Position numbers and translations under genes: made by a program. 45,578 nucleotides of DNA from the NCBI RefSeq assembly GCF_006345805.1, contig NW_021834806.1, positions 1 through 45,578 of the forward strand, given 5' to 3'. The notes below the pieces were generated by a model. The model was not told the DNA's origin, ran no database searches, and worked only from the letters and a program-made list of their open reading frames with translations. This DNA is from Octopus sinensis (Eukaryota). Below, piece after piece: positions 1 through 12,127 of this stretch (positions are counted from its first letter, which is position 1; every line of letters begins with the position of its first letter).

Positions 1-85
1 TTAAAGAGAATAGGGAATGGCAAGAGAACTAGAGACCCTGGGTTGCTATAGCTGTTTCTGCTGATTACACACACACACATACATT

Positions 86-147
<62 letters not shown>

Positions 148-231
148 TAAATACATATGTATGTATATGTATATACATATACATAAATATACATATATAT
201 ATGTGTATGTATCTGTATATATATGTATGTG

Positions 232-420
232 ATCACGTGATCACGTGACCGACCAGACCATCAGATGTTGTTACACATCGCTGGTCACAATGCGTTCGCA
301 TTGTTTTCGCCTTCGAATGACGCCACCCCGCTGGCTAAGCGAGCAGGCCAACAGAAGAAAGAGTGGGAGAAAGAGTGGTGAAAGAGTACAGCAGGTATCA
401 CCACACCCTGCCGGAGCCTC
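232..420 (-). mobile_element. tRNA-derived SINE (family R, tail type 1), 5'-truncated
   Basis: Closely matches 10289-10473 (gtgaccgac..atcagatgttg..cgctggctaagcgagcaggccaacagaagaaagagtg..gccggagcctc). It stops abruptly at 420, where the inverted-repeat element begins. Confidence 0.8.
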
Positions 421-433
421 GTTACATTATTCG

Positions 434-509
434 ATAGTCAAGATAAAACTCTGAGTTTCAGATGCCGAAGTGGAAATCCACAACACCATCTCTTCGGTTA
501 TCTGGCTAT
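434..509 (-). ncRNA. Hammerhead-like motif (reverse copy of 848-923)
   Basis: Reverse complement of the 848-923 motif, inside the left arm of the inverted repeat. Confidence 0.5.
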
Positions 510-847
510 TTGAAAACGCTATGAAAAAATACCGTTATATAAAGGGAAATTACTGTGTTATAACTCTGCTTGCCTGCGTACTTATACATCGCTCGCATTT
601 TTCGTCATAAAAATTATATAAAAATACATAAATTTCTGTTACGTTTTTGGTCCCCTAAAGAAAACAAATAGAACATGCTTTCTATGTTATGTCCCAAGAA
701 GATTTTATATATTTTTATATACTTTTTATGTATTTTTATATAATTTTTATGACGAAAAATGCGAGCGATGTATAAGTACGCAGGCAAGCAGAGTTATAAC
801 ACAGTAATTTCCCTTTATATAACGGTATTTTTTCATAGCGTTTTTAA

Positions 848-923
848 ATAGCCAGATAACCGAAGAGATGGTGTTGTGGATTTCCACTTCGGCATCTGAA
901 ACTCAGAGTTTTATCTTGACTAT
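848..923 (+). ncRNA. Type I hammerhead-like ribozyme, variant core (U4C, extra U before GAAA)
   Basis: Stem I AGATAA(854-859)/TTATCT(911-916), extended by ATAG/CTAT. Core CCGAAGA(860-866). Stem II GATG..GTGGA-TT-TCCAC..CATC, then T-GAAAC-TCAGA-GTT (cleavage triplet GUU, 908-910). Confidence 0.55.
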
Positions 924-1014
924 CGAGTAATGTAACATATTATTGTATAGATACATTTCCTCTATTTACATAATATTGAGGTCTCTTTCTTTCTTTTGTT
1001 ATCTTACCGTTTTA

Positions 1015-1067
<53 letters not shown>

Positions 1068-1069
<2 letters not shown>

Positions 1070-1233
1070 GACGGGCTTCTTTCAGTTTCCGTCTGCTAAA
1101 TGCACTCACAAGTGTTGGGTCTGATAGAGGCTATAGTAGAAGACAATTGCCAAAGGTGCCACGCAGTGGAACTCGACCCAGAAACATGAGGTTGGTAAAC
1201 AAGCTACTTACCACACAGCCACGTCTACGCCTA
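1068..1233 (-). mobile_element. tRNA-derived SINE family A, 5' half
   Basis: Reverse complement of the 1702-1862 head (ggctgtgtggtaagtagcttg..ggttc(g/a)gtcccactgcgtgg..gacggaaactgaaagaagccc). Confidence 0.85.
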
Positions 1234-1241
1234 ATATATAT

Positions 1242-1285
<44 letters not shown>

Positions 1286-1416
1286 ACATATATATTATAT
1301 AGTAAATCATATTTACATATAGTAAATCCCAAAAATAACAAACACAAAAACACAACAATGCGAGAATGTGGTACATGTAAGGATTAAGCAGACGCTCAAG
1401 GAAGTAAATAAAGCTG

Positions 1417-1452
1417 GTTTAACGTTTCGAGCAGACGCTCTTCTTCAAAAAA
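1417..1452 (-). ncRNA. Minimal hammerhead motif (C3U, probably decayed) in a pLTR-like fragment at about 1300-1510
   Basis: Minus strand reads TTT-TTGAAGA-A-GAGC-GTCT-GCTC-GAAAC-GTT-AAAC, with palindromic stem III AACGTT. The flank is homologous to 31285-31369. Confidence 0.5.
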
Positions 1453-1701
1453 AGAGGAGAGTCGAATAGAAGGGAAAACGGAGGAAGAAAATCACCAACG
1501 ATTCTCATGAGCTTTATGTTCTTGCCAGTTTTTGATAGAAGTTATAACTTCTGATATTGGAATCTGTCTGAACCTCTCTCTGTCTCTCCTCCTCCCACAC
1601 AAACACTTGTTTTTCTAGCACAAGATATACAGTTACGCGAGCGCGCACACGCACATACATATATATTGCATACATACACACAATGCACACATGCATATAT
1701 A

Positions 1702-2040
1702 TAGGCGTAGGGGTGGCTGTGTGGTAAGTAGCTTGCTTACCAACCACATGGTTCCGGGTTCAGTCCCACTGCGTGATACCTTGAGTGTCTTCTACTATAG
1801 TCTCGAGCCGACCAAAGCCTTGTGAGTGGATTTGGTAGACGGAAACTGAAAGAAGCCTGACGTATATATATATATATGTGCGTGTTGACAACCGATGCTG
1901 GTGTGTTTACGTCCCCGTAACTTAGCGGTTCGGCAAAAGAGACCGATACAATAAGTACTAGGCTTACAAAGAATAAGTCCTGGGGTCGATTTGATCGATT
2001 AAAGGCGGTGCTCCAGCACATGACTGAAACAAGTAAAAGA

Positions 2041-2048
<8 letters not shown>
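1702..2048 (+). mobile_element. tRNA-derived SINE family A, near full length with internal (TA)n(TG)n
   Basis: A-box-like GTGGCTGTGTGG and B-box-like GGTTCAGTCC. Body and tail (cttagcggttcggcaaaagagaccgat..ggggtcgat..tgactgaaacaagtaaaaga) recur in the window. Confidence 0.9.
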
Positions 2049-2082
<34 letters not shown>

Positions 2083-3021
2083 ATATTTATGTACATATAC
2101 ATATATATGAATAGATGCATAGACTTTCAGTCATACAGTCATTCATACATGTATATATATACATATTGTGATGTAATACAGAATAAAATGAATCAACTTG
2201 AGTTGCAAAAAATGATGATGATAATGATAATGATGATGACGACTACGACGACGTCGATGATGTTAAGGCTGGCCATCACCTTCATATGTATAAAGTGTAT
2301 TACAATTATGGAAAACCTTCAAATAATAATGGTTGTCACTCTTTGTCCCTGCCATGATAAATTCGGAAGCTAATTCAATTGTTTTGAAGTTCTTCGAAGA
2401 TAATTTCATGCCTTTGGAGATAAACTACGTCTATTTTTCAGTAAATTGGTCCGTTTCTGACAATGACTGAATGCCTTATGCTTCTGGTCTTCAAAATGAA
2501 TTTCTATACTTTTTACATCACCTGATGAGATCTACAGTCCTCGAAACGGAACGCTATGCAGCCGAATACTTTTAACAGGATAATTTCACACTTAAAACCT
2601 CCATATCGTTTATCAGAAGTAAACTCTTTCCGCTTACTCCTTCACTATTTATGGACATCAATGACCAATTTTTATAAACATTTGTTGCGCGGGCAAGGAT
2701 CCAGTTCTTTTACTTTTTCTGTTTTTGAAAGTCTCAGGTGTAAGTTGGGAATAAGTCCACGAAAATGAAAATTTATAAAATTTACATAAACACATAAACA
2801 CATAAATACATTTATTGGTATAAAAGTAATTGTAAATATTTAAGTAAATTTCAGGTATACATGCGTGCGCATTTATACATGTATATATGTATGCATACAT
2901 ACACATTGTATATATATGTATCGTATTTGTGTGTACGTCCCCGTTTTTGTATTTTGCCACGGCCATAGTTTCCATTTACAAAACAAATTTTTGTATTAAC
3001 AGTGGATTTACTCTTACACAA

Positions 3022-3218
3022 TCTTTTACTTGTTTCAGTCATGTGACTGTGGCCATGCTGAAGCAGCGCCTTTAGTCGACCAAATCGACCCCAGGACTTA
3101 TTCTTTGTAAGCCTAGTACTTATTCTATCGGTCTCTTTTGCCGAACCGCTAAGTTACGGGGACGTAAACCAGCATCGGTTGTCAAGCGATCTTGGGGGAA
3201 CAAACATAGACACACAAA

Positions 3219-3305
<87 letters not shown>

Positions 3306-3467
3306 TACGACGGCTTCTTTCAGTTTCCGTCTACCAAATCCACTGACAAGGGTTTGGTCGGCCCGAGGCTAGAGTAGAAGACACTTGCCTAAGGTGTCAT
3401 GCAGTGGGACTGAACCCGGAACCATGTGGTTGGTAAGCAAGCTACTTACCACACAACCACTCCTACG
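3022..3467 (-). mobile_element. SINE family A, full length with long internal (TA)n(TG)n
   Basis: Reverse-complement match to 1702-2048 over both head and tail. Confidence 0.9.
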
Positions 3468-4097
3468 TAGAAACTTTAGACTCATTTTTTTCACGGAATT
3501 CAAACCTCTTCTATTTCATAAACCGATAAAATATAATAAATATTGGATATATATATATATATATATATATATTTCTGTGAAATAAAATGAAGGGCAATAC
3601 ATATATATATATATATATATATCAATATGTACTCAATATATTAACTCACAAACCATATTACACTAAAAATCACTTCTATGTATATGAGAGTAAATATGGG
3701 TTTGTATTTGTAGAGAATCTTTATAAAATTTCAAGTTTATAAGTACATCTCACCCTCTTCCCTTTCTCTTTTGCTTTCTCCCTCTCTCTATTTATCTATC
3801 TATCTATTTCTATTTCTATCTATTTCTAACTCAAATTTTACTTCTGTATATACTTCTGCTCCATCGTCTGCCTTCTCCCAGTTTATCTTTCTTTATCGTA
3901 CTTTACGTTATTTATTTCCCTGCTCTCCTGCCGTTCTCAGTCATTTCTCAGTGAGTGGTGGGTGTGGTACTATGATAATATGTGATGCATTTTAAAACGG
4001 TTTCTTGCTTATCTTTCAGTTGATGCATTTTATAGTGTGCATTTTGCGAACGATAGCGTTGTTAACTATCCGTTTATATATATATATATATATACAT

Positions 4098-4143
<46 letters not shown>

Positions 4144-4154
4144 GGGATCTCGAT

Positions 4155-4320
4155 AACTGGTATTAGTGTTGGTTACTTAACTGTTCGGCAAAAGAGAGCA
4201 ATAGGCTTTAAGAAAAAATAAGTCCCCAGATCGATTTGTTTAACTAAAACACTTCAAGGTGGTGCTCCAGCATGGCTGCAGTCAAATGATTGAAACGAGT
4301 AAGCAAGCAAAAGATAAAAT
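4155..4320 (+). mobile_element. SINE family A, diverged 3' half
   Basis: gttcggcaaaagagagcaata..aataagtccccagatcgattt..aaggtggtgctccagcatggctgcagtcaaatgattgaaac matches the family A tail. Confidence 0.7.
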
Positions 4321-4323
4321 ATA

Positions 4324-4400
<77 letters not shown>

Positions 4401-5024
4401 ATGAATGCATGTATGTATGTCAGCTATGACGCAGTCGGGGTAAATTTTAATTAAAACAGCCACCTATAAAACACATTTAATGTATACGTAAGAAATACGT
4501 ATCGAAGTAACTTGCTTATCGATAGTCTGGGTACATTAAATATGATATAGCTGGCTATTTTAATTAAATACTGTGGACTAAACATTCATCCACATTTGAA
4601 TTGCCTATAACGGGTTTTAATCAGCCAGGCGGCTCCTCACATCATCATTCGATATTTACACTTTTTCCTATATCAGCGGATATAAATTCGTATCCGAGCA
4701 CGTGGATGACTGCGAGTATGCACCATTGACAAGGCACAAAAAGGTTGAATTGCATCTGACGCTCACGCTGGCTGCTGCTTTGACGAATGCTTGTCTCTCG
4801 CTCTTTGGGGTTAATTGTGTTTTTAATGCAGCAAGTCCATAGGAAATGTTATCTCTGGACAAATACTGCCTATCGAGAGTCTGTATACATTTAGCATGAT
4901 ACAAAGATGAGTATATTTGTGCGTTCACGTGTGTCAATATGTATGTAAGTATATATATATATATTTGTGTATATGTGCGGGTGTGTATATAATTGTGTGC
5001 CGTGTATGTATAAATATTTCGTAC

Positions 5025-5087
5025 GTACATACATACATACATACATACATACATACATACATACATACATACATACATACATACATA
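5025..5087. repeat. (TACA)n microsatellite
   Basis: Seen directly; similar tracts at about 5690-5827 and 6490-6560 (TATG). Confidence 0.95.
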
Positions 5088-6294
5088 CGTTCAGATATGC
5101 TTGCCTGCCTCCATAATAACTAAATACATAATTTTTTGTCCAGTGAAGACTGAAATAAAATTCAAGACTACCAGACCAAACATAATGATCTGAAACAGAG
5201 GAAAGAAATTATGCTGATTAGCAAATGTTAACAAAATGCTGAACGTTAATGAAAAAGAAAGCATTTATCCCAAACTGAAGATACATTCTTAGATACTCCG
5301 ACCGGACTACAGTTTTAGATTTCTACCCATAATTATTGCTTGGCCAATCTTGAGAAGCTACGTTTTACAAAAGCATGAAGTACAAACATAGTCAAGTGAT
5401 TGCAGCTGAAAGCCATCAACAGCACTACTAAATTATGCAACACAGTCAAGAATTTTGGGGTGTGATAACTCCGTGCGTGTGTGTATGTGTGTGTGTGTGT
5501 GTGTGTGGGGGGGGTCTGTGTGTGTGTGTGTCTGTCTGTATCTGTATTAAGGATATCATTGGTTCATGTTAAGAAATGCCTCAACAATCACTCGAGCCTA
5601 TCACAGAAAAATCGTTGTTCATCTCCATTTGGGATTAATCCACAAATACATACATAAATACACACATACACACACACGCGCGTGTACACACACACATACA
5701 TACATACGTACGTACATACATACATACATACATACATACATACATACATACATACATACATACATACATACATACATACATACATACATACATACATACA
5801 TACATACATACATACATACATACATACAACGTTCTATGAGAGAATTTAGTTGCATAAGGCGCAGCACCGCGGGATCGAACCGCACACTGAGAGGGACGTG
5901 GTTGCAAACCGAATTTCACAAATGCACGAAATAATCTTACTTTGGAATGAGCTACTAATAAAATTACCAACAATTTTTTTTTTAGGTTGTCAAAGGAAGA
6001 AACAGCTATGATGGAGCCTATCATAATTCAAAATCTTTGCACTTAGTGTTTCACGAAGGACTTATATTTACTGGCCTACTTATTTGATATATGATAAAGA
6101 AGGTCAGCCTATTCAAGTAAGTTCTCAGTGAACATGACTTTATGTATGGTACATATAACCACACCTACTAAAACGATCTCCAAAACAATGATGTTGGCAG
6201 ACAAGGCCTTCCAGCTTCCATATTGAACAATGCCTATTCAACTTCATAAACAGTCTACGTTGGAAACTGAGAAGTTTATGGCAAATGAGAAGCA

Positions 6295-6412
6295 TGTTAC
6301 TTTTTTCAGTCATGGCAATGCGGCCATGCAGGAGCAACACCGTGAATGGTTTTAATCCAGCAAATAAAGTATCGTGTTTATTTTTTTCGGTCTCTCTTGC
6401 CGAACCGAAGCA
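6295..6412 (-). mobile_element. SINE family A, diverged tail fragment
   Basis: ttcagtcat..gcggccatgcaggagc..tcggtctctcttgccgaaccg matches the reverse of the family A tail. Confidence 0.55.
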
Positions 6413-6559
6413 TTGGATAGGAAAAAAACTTTTCCATGAAACTCGAAGCCGGTCGTACTTTGCAGCTTATAAGAAACACGCATGCCTGCATGTATGTATG
6501 TATGTATGTATGTATGTATGTATGTATGTATGTATGTATGTATGTATGTATGTATGTAT

Positions 6560-8125
6560 GTATAAGATCAGCTTTAATGCGTATTAACAAACCATGTTCC
6601 AAAGATCTCAAATTAAGACTGATTGCAGCAAGCTTATCTGTGAAACTCATAGACTATGTAACTTTATTGATATATTCCTAAACATCGTTCTTAAACATAT
6701 ATCCTGCTTCATAAGAGCTGACTTAGACTTTCTACGCCATCTTCCGATTAAAACCCACGAAAGACTCTGTGTCATATGATGTAGTACATGTCTACACTAC
6801 GATTCCACATGAATACGAAGTAGAATCTATAAAATTCTGGTTGGAAAAACTCCCAAGCAACCCACCTGAACGAATTAAGAAAATATTTATCATTGAAGGA
6901 TTAATTTATCCTACTAAACAACCTTTCCCGTTTGAATCACATCTAAAAATAGTTATCAGGGACTACGCTGGACACGAAAATAGCTCCCACGTTTGTAAAT
7001 CTGGTTACGGCAAACTTAAAAGTATGCCACGTATACAAGCATTTCAGATAAAAATTCCTCCATAAATACCTATTCACCAGCTGAAAGCACTACTTGAACG
7101 ATTGTTTCATCACGTGGACGCGCAAATTGGATCAATACTATGAGTTTAAAACTCGAATAAATAGCATATATCTCAGTATCCAATTTGCAATGGAATATAA
7201 TTAAAAAGTAACTATTCTGCTTAGACATCTTGATCATAAAAAGAAATACGAATGTTAAACTGACATCCATTTCAAACCAACAGACACGCAAACATTATCT
7301 GCAATTTAAAACATGCGAAATTATATATACACAACCAAGCACGAAGAATCTGCGAAATTTTATGCAAATCCAATACCCAAGAGGAACAACTTGTAAAACT
7401 TAAAAGTATATGACTTGAATAAGAATACCTTATAATCTTAATCAATAACAGAATAGAACGTATAAAACGATAGACGCACAAGAATTACGAAAAGCAAGAA
7501 ACATCCCTAGTACACTCAATACTTTACTTCACTAACACAATTCGAGGACTACAGAAGCATACATCATTTGCTGGGGTGTTTCATTTTTGGTGAACACTCC
7601 CCGACTGATAAAGGCACTCAAAATTCACAAAATTATTAAAAGTAAAAGACAACCAGTTTTTTTAATACTTACAAGCACCAAACTGCGCACCAAAAATGCA
7701 ACTTCAGTAGTCCAAAAGAGTAACTACTTACTTTAGTTGTGGCACCTGCATCAATCTCACTGGGATTTCAGTGTGCGAATTTAAATCATGAAAAATATTT
7801 ACCATAAAAGACGTTTCACTTGTGCATCAAGAAATTTAATTTGCTATTAAATCCAATGGGTGTGATAAAGATTACCTAAGATAAATAGGATATAACTCTG
7901 AGGCACAAAATGACTAATCACCGTCAACAGATAAGAGACCACACTACCAGAAGAAATATACATGTTACTAAACAGATCTATACTAGATCTATATACAAAA
8001 CCAAACATCTCAAATACAAAAATTTTGTCTTTATATTAATATATCGGGAACACTCTAGCTCAATTCCGATTACATAAGGAAAATACGCTTATTAATAAAC
8101 ATAAACAAAAGCTTAATACTCTATA
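6560..8125 (+). pseudogene. Decayed Penelope-like retroelement ORF: reverse transcriptase followed by C-terminal GIY-YIG endonuclease
   Basis: Frameshifted motifs in the expected order: DLKLRLI, ETHRLCNFIDIFL..FIRADLDFLRHLP, SYDVVHVYTTIPH (RT A), GTTLDTKIAPTFVNL (RT B, about 6959-7003), HYLNDCFITW (YLDD-type, about 7088-7117), LDILIIK, a CGTC linker, FTCASRNLIC and LRHKMTNHRQQIRD (GIY-YIG region). Many stops. Confidence 0.85.
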
Positions 8126-8330
8126 ACGACATGATAGAATGAGGAAATACAGTATATTGGGCTCAACTAAGCAAAAGTAAAAAATGTAAATCAAAAGTTG
8201 AGGTAACAAGCTTCTTCCTAAATTACGGTATGATTACGTTTTTTTTTTTGACACGGCTAGCATCAACCTAAATTGACGAATTGGATTATGATTTTGGTTA
8301 AAATCGGACACTGAGAATAAAAGAGAAAAC

Positions 8331-8552
8331 AAGTGATGCTGTTAAGCATTCAACTCATCGAACGTCAGAAAAAAAAAAGTGATGTCTTAAGATAGTCACT
8401 CAACTGGAACGCTAAACTGCTGTCAGCCATAAGCAACTGACGTCCACAGACAGTCAATCAACGCTGGGCTGTTGTCGGGAAGTAACAAATGGCCATAACA
8501 GATGATAAGCAAATGACGTCCTCAAGCAGTTAGCTAACCTGAACGCTAGGCC
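8331..8552 (+). repeat. Degenerate four-unit repeat (TGAYGYY...AACGYY) downstream of the Penelope-like ORF
   Basis: Units start near 8331, 8377, 8431 and 8507; the last two share aagcaa(c/a)tgacgtcc..cagt..aacgct. Confidence 0.5.
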
Positions 8553-10257
8553 AGGGGCGGACAAAAGCAAATAATGTTTTGGAGTAAGTATTCAATCAGG
8601 ACTTGCACTTTTGGCTTGAAAACTACATATGCAAGGCAATGGCTGTTTTTAAATAATTCCACATTCGAACGAGTAAAGCAAACGATGAACATGACAAATC
8701 ACGCATTTTTTTTTTTCTTACACTTTAAAATCTTCCTCATGTCACAATTCATAGCCAGGAAACTTATTGAGCTCTTAAATTTCTGTCATGCATTATTGTT
8801 ATGAAATTTATCGAACAATTGAACTGTCATTATTTCTTGTTCCTGCGAAACTTATGGAACGCATAAATTTTGTTATGAAACCTATAAAACATTTAATATT
8901 TTGAACATGTTTTATCGCTATAAAATTTTTCTCTTGTGCATTCTCCTTCAAATTTTCGTCTTACTCTTAACTTACCAAAGACAAACAAAAAGTTGTGAAA
9001 CCGGTGTAGTATAGTATTAGAAATTAAAAAAAGAAATGCTAAAATTCATTTGAAGACCATGCGTATTTTCAACTCCAAAACTATTTTTTTTATATCCTAC
9101 GTGGAAGTAAACCACTTTTATCCAATACACACACGCACTCAAACAGACTATCACGTACACAGACATGAACATACACGTTCACATACACACATACAAACGA
9201 AATGCATACATACATGTGTGTGTGTGTGTGTGTGTTTGTGTGTGTGTACGTTTATGTGTGCGTTCGGTTTTGCAAACAGGAGAAAGAGAACTGTATGTAT
9301 GTGTGTGTAAGTATGTTTAATAGTACTTATACTTTATGTATAAGGAAAGTATAAATACGATTATGTGCATAAATCCATACCCTTGATTCACCTGAAATCG
9401 AGAAAGATATATTAGCCATTATCAGTCAGGCGACTCCATAAAGTTTACCCTCATTGTCACACAAATTCGTTTATGATCCGTTACAGGCTTTAATGGGCAT
9501 ACAAAGTAATATAACAGTAATGTCATCTGGTTCAAACCCTACACATTTAGTTACTTTTGAAGTCCTGTCCTTTATTACAATACCATATGCCACTCACTGA
9601 AAATTAGAGTACTAAACATACATCTACAGATATCGAACTTGGCACGACAAAGTTCTACTTTCAAAGCAGTAACATTGAATTTCTTTCGTATTCTGAAGAG
9701 AATTATGTAACTAGATTAAGGTAAATATATATTTATATATGTGTGCGTAGATGCATCATAGGCGTCGCCGAGATTTAGAGCGTGGGGGTTCTTGAGTATG
9801 AAAATGGATCTACCACCAGCACTTAATCTGTGAATAACAGTGAAATAGAATAAGTGTTCGATAATAATTATATTTGTGTGAAGCTGTGGGTCTTTAAACC
9901 GAACCTGTCGACCCCGCTCTCGCGACTATGTATGAAAATACAGAGTATGCTGCAACGTAGATAGTATACACATAACATACTTACAAGCACACTTGCACAC
10001 TCACACATACACTCTACATATAATTCATTTATTTCAGCAAATTTGACTTACAGCTGTTTCCAGTAGTCATTATAGGTTCATTACTGATGGATTTTTCAAC
10101 TGGTCTATTGATCAATTCAAGCAAAATGAACGACCTAAGAAAGTCAATGCTACTATTTATACACAGACACACGCATACATAGGCACATTAAGTGTGTATG
10201 TATTATGTATGTATGTATATATATATATATATATTATATAATAATATATATATATAT

Positions 10258-10288
<31 letters not shown>

Positions 10289-10289
<1 letters not shown>

Positions 10290-10586
10290 CACCGTGACCG
10301 ACAGGCTATCAGATGTTGCTACACATCGCTGGTCACAATCCGCTTGGCATTGTTTTAGCTTTCAATGAGACCACCCCCGCTGGCTAAGCGAGCAGGCCAA
10401 CAGAAGAAAGAGTGAGAGCCAGTTGTAGCGAAAGAGTAGAGCAGAGATCGCCACCACCCTCTGCCGGAGCCTCGCGGAGCTTTAGGTGTTTTCGCTCAAT
10501 AAACATACCTAACGCCCGGTCTGGGAATCGAAAACGCGATCCTACGACCGCAAGTCCGCTGCCCTAACCACTGGGGCATTGTGCCT

Positions 10587-10590
<4 letters not shown>
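10289..10590 (-). mobile_element. tRNA-derived SINE family R, full length, tail type 1
   Basis: Minus-strand head tggaggcacaatgccccagtggttagggcagcggacttgcggtcgtaggatcgcgttttcgattcccagaccgggcg has A/B boxes and is near identical to the head at 44802. The tail is shared with 232-420. Confidence 0.9.
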
Positions 10591-10629
<39 letters not shown>

Positions 10630-10665
10630 TACACACACACAACACAGCGGTATATGTATGTATGT

Positions 10666-11010
10666 ATGGCTGTGTGATAAATTTGGCTTCCTAAGCACAT
10701 TGTTCCAGGTTCGTTTCCACTCCGTGGCACTATGGGCTTCTGTCTTCTATAGCCCCGGGCCGACCAAAGCCTCGTAAGGTGATCTGGTTGATGAAAACTG
10801 AGGAAAGCACGCCGTGCTCGTGTGTGTGTGTGTGTGTTCCACCACAGTTTGACAACTGGTGTTACTGCGTTTACGTGCCCGTAAAGCAGCGGTTCAGTAA
10901 AAGATACAGAGAGAATAAGTACCAGGGTTTAGGAAAATATGCAATGGGGTCGATTCGTTCGACTAAAATCCTTCAAGGCTGTGCCTCAGCATGGCCGCAT
11001 CTGATGACTG
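10666..11010 (+). mobile_element. SINE family A, diverged full-length copy
   Basis: atggctgtgtgataa..ggttcgtttccactccgtggcac..gggccgaccaaagcc..(TG)n..gcggttcagtaaaagatacagagagaataagtac..ggggtcgattcgttcgactaaa. Confidence 0.8.
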
Positions 11011-11053
11011 GCCTCAGCCATGTATATGTGTGTGTGTGTCTGCATATATGTAC

Positions 11054-11097
<44 letters not shown>

Positions 11098-11834
11098 ATA
11101 TGTACGTTTGTATGAATTTATATATATTAGTGTATGTCTATGCGTGTATGTATATGCATATATACATATACCCGCATCTATATATTCGTTTGCATACACA
11201 CACACGCGCACAAGCACACACACGCACACATATATATATGTTTATATATTTGCATGTTTGTATACATTAGTGTATGCGTGCATATGTGGATGCATGCGTG
11301 TGTGTCTGTGTGTGTTTCTGTGTGTGTGTGTGTGTCTGTGTGTGTGTGAGTGTGTGTGTGGTGTGTGTGTGTGTGTGTGTGCGTGCGTGCGTGTGTGTGT
11401 GTGTGTGTGTAAGATAGGGAGAAGTATATGAGTGCAATCTCAGTTACTGTAAGACAATTGTACCAAGGTAGAAATCAGGCCGAGGATAAACGTTGAAACA
11501 CGATCTATGTATTGAATTTGGTAGGCAAGGGCGGTAAGTGTGTGGGAATATCTAGTGTTTGATGATTGCGCATGTGTGTGTTTGATGAGTGTGTGTGTGA
11601 TGGGGGACGGGTGAGGTGGGAAGCGTCTACAAGAATCGGCTCAAGTTTACAGAGTACTGGAACCAGGACAACGGGGATATGGGCGGGAACCACAAGGCGA
11701 GGTTGAAATAATACAATATGTATGTATATATGTTTGTATGCATGTATGTTTGTATGTATGTGTGTATGTATGTGTGTATATACACACACAGTTACACACA
11801 AACACAAACATTCATACGGAAAAGAATATATATA

Positions 11835-11872
<38 letters not shown>

Positions 11873-12127
11873 TATTGCATTTGAATAATCGGCCTCCAGC
11901 CATGCCAGAGCATTGCATTCAAGGATTTAGTGAAGAAAATTGGTCCTTGCATTTATCTTAAACTGGTACTTATTGTAAACAATAGTTTTGAATCACTGTA
12001 TGACAAAGAGTATATATAACATAATGGATTTTGTAAAGCGGTCTAAACTTAAGCAAAAGGATGGACGCAGAAGCTCATACATACAAACATGTACACACAC
12101 ATATATACCGTATATATATATATATAT

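Larger units (their letters stand above)
421..1020 (+). mobile_element. Non-coding HHR-bearing Penelope-like pseudo-LTR with inverted duplication (arms about 421-631 and 726-936)
   Basis: Near-perfect inverted repeat of about 210 bp (gttacattattcgatagtc... / ...gactatcgagtaatgtaac) with an HHR-like motif in each arm. The + arm continues about 85 nt further into (TA)n. Confidence 0.7.

Noticed and set aside
2517-2560. CTGATGAG...CTCGAAAC hammerhead-like core
   Set aside because: The core and GAAAC are present, but there is no NUH triplet closing stem III and no convincing stem I. At most a heavily decayed copy.
8331-8552. CRISPR-like repeat-spacer array
   Set aside because: The units are degenerate and irregularly spaced, the context is eukaryotic and there are no cas genes.
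9757-9930. hAT-like MITE (catag..gagcg..gggg / ccccgctc..ctatg)
   Set aside because: The terminal match is gapped, no target-site duplication is visible and there is only one copy.
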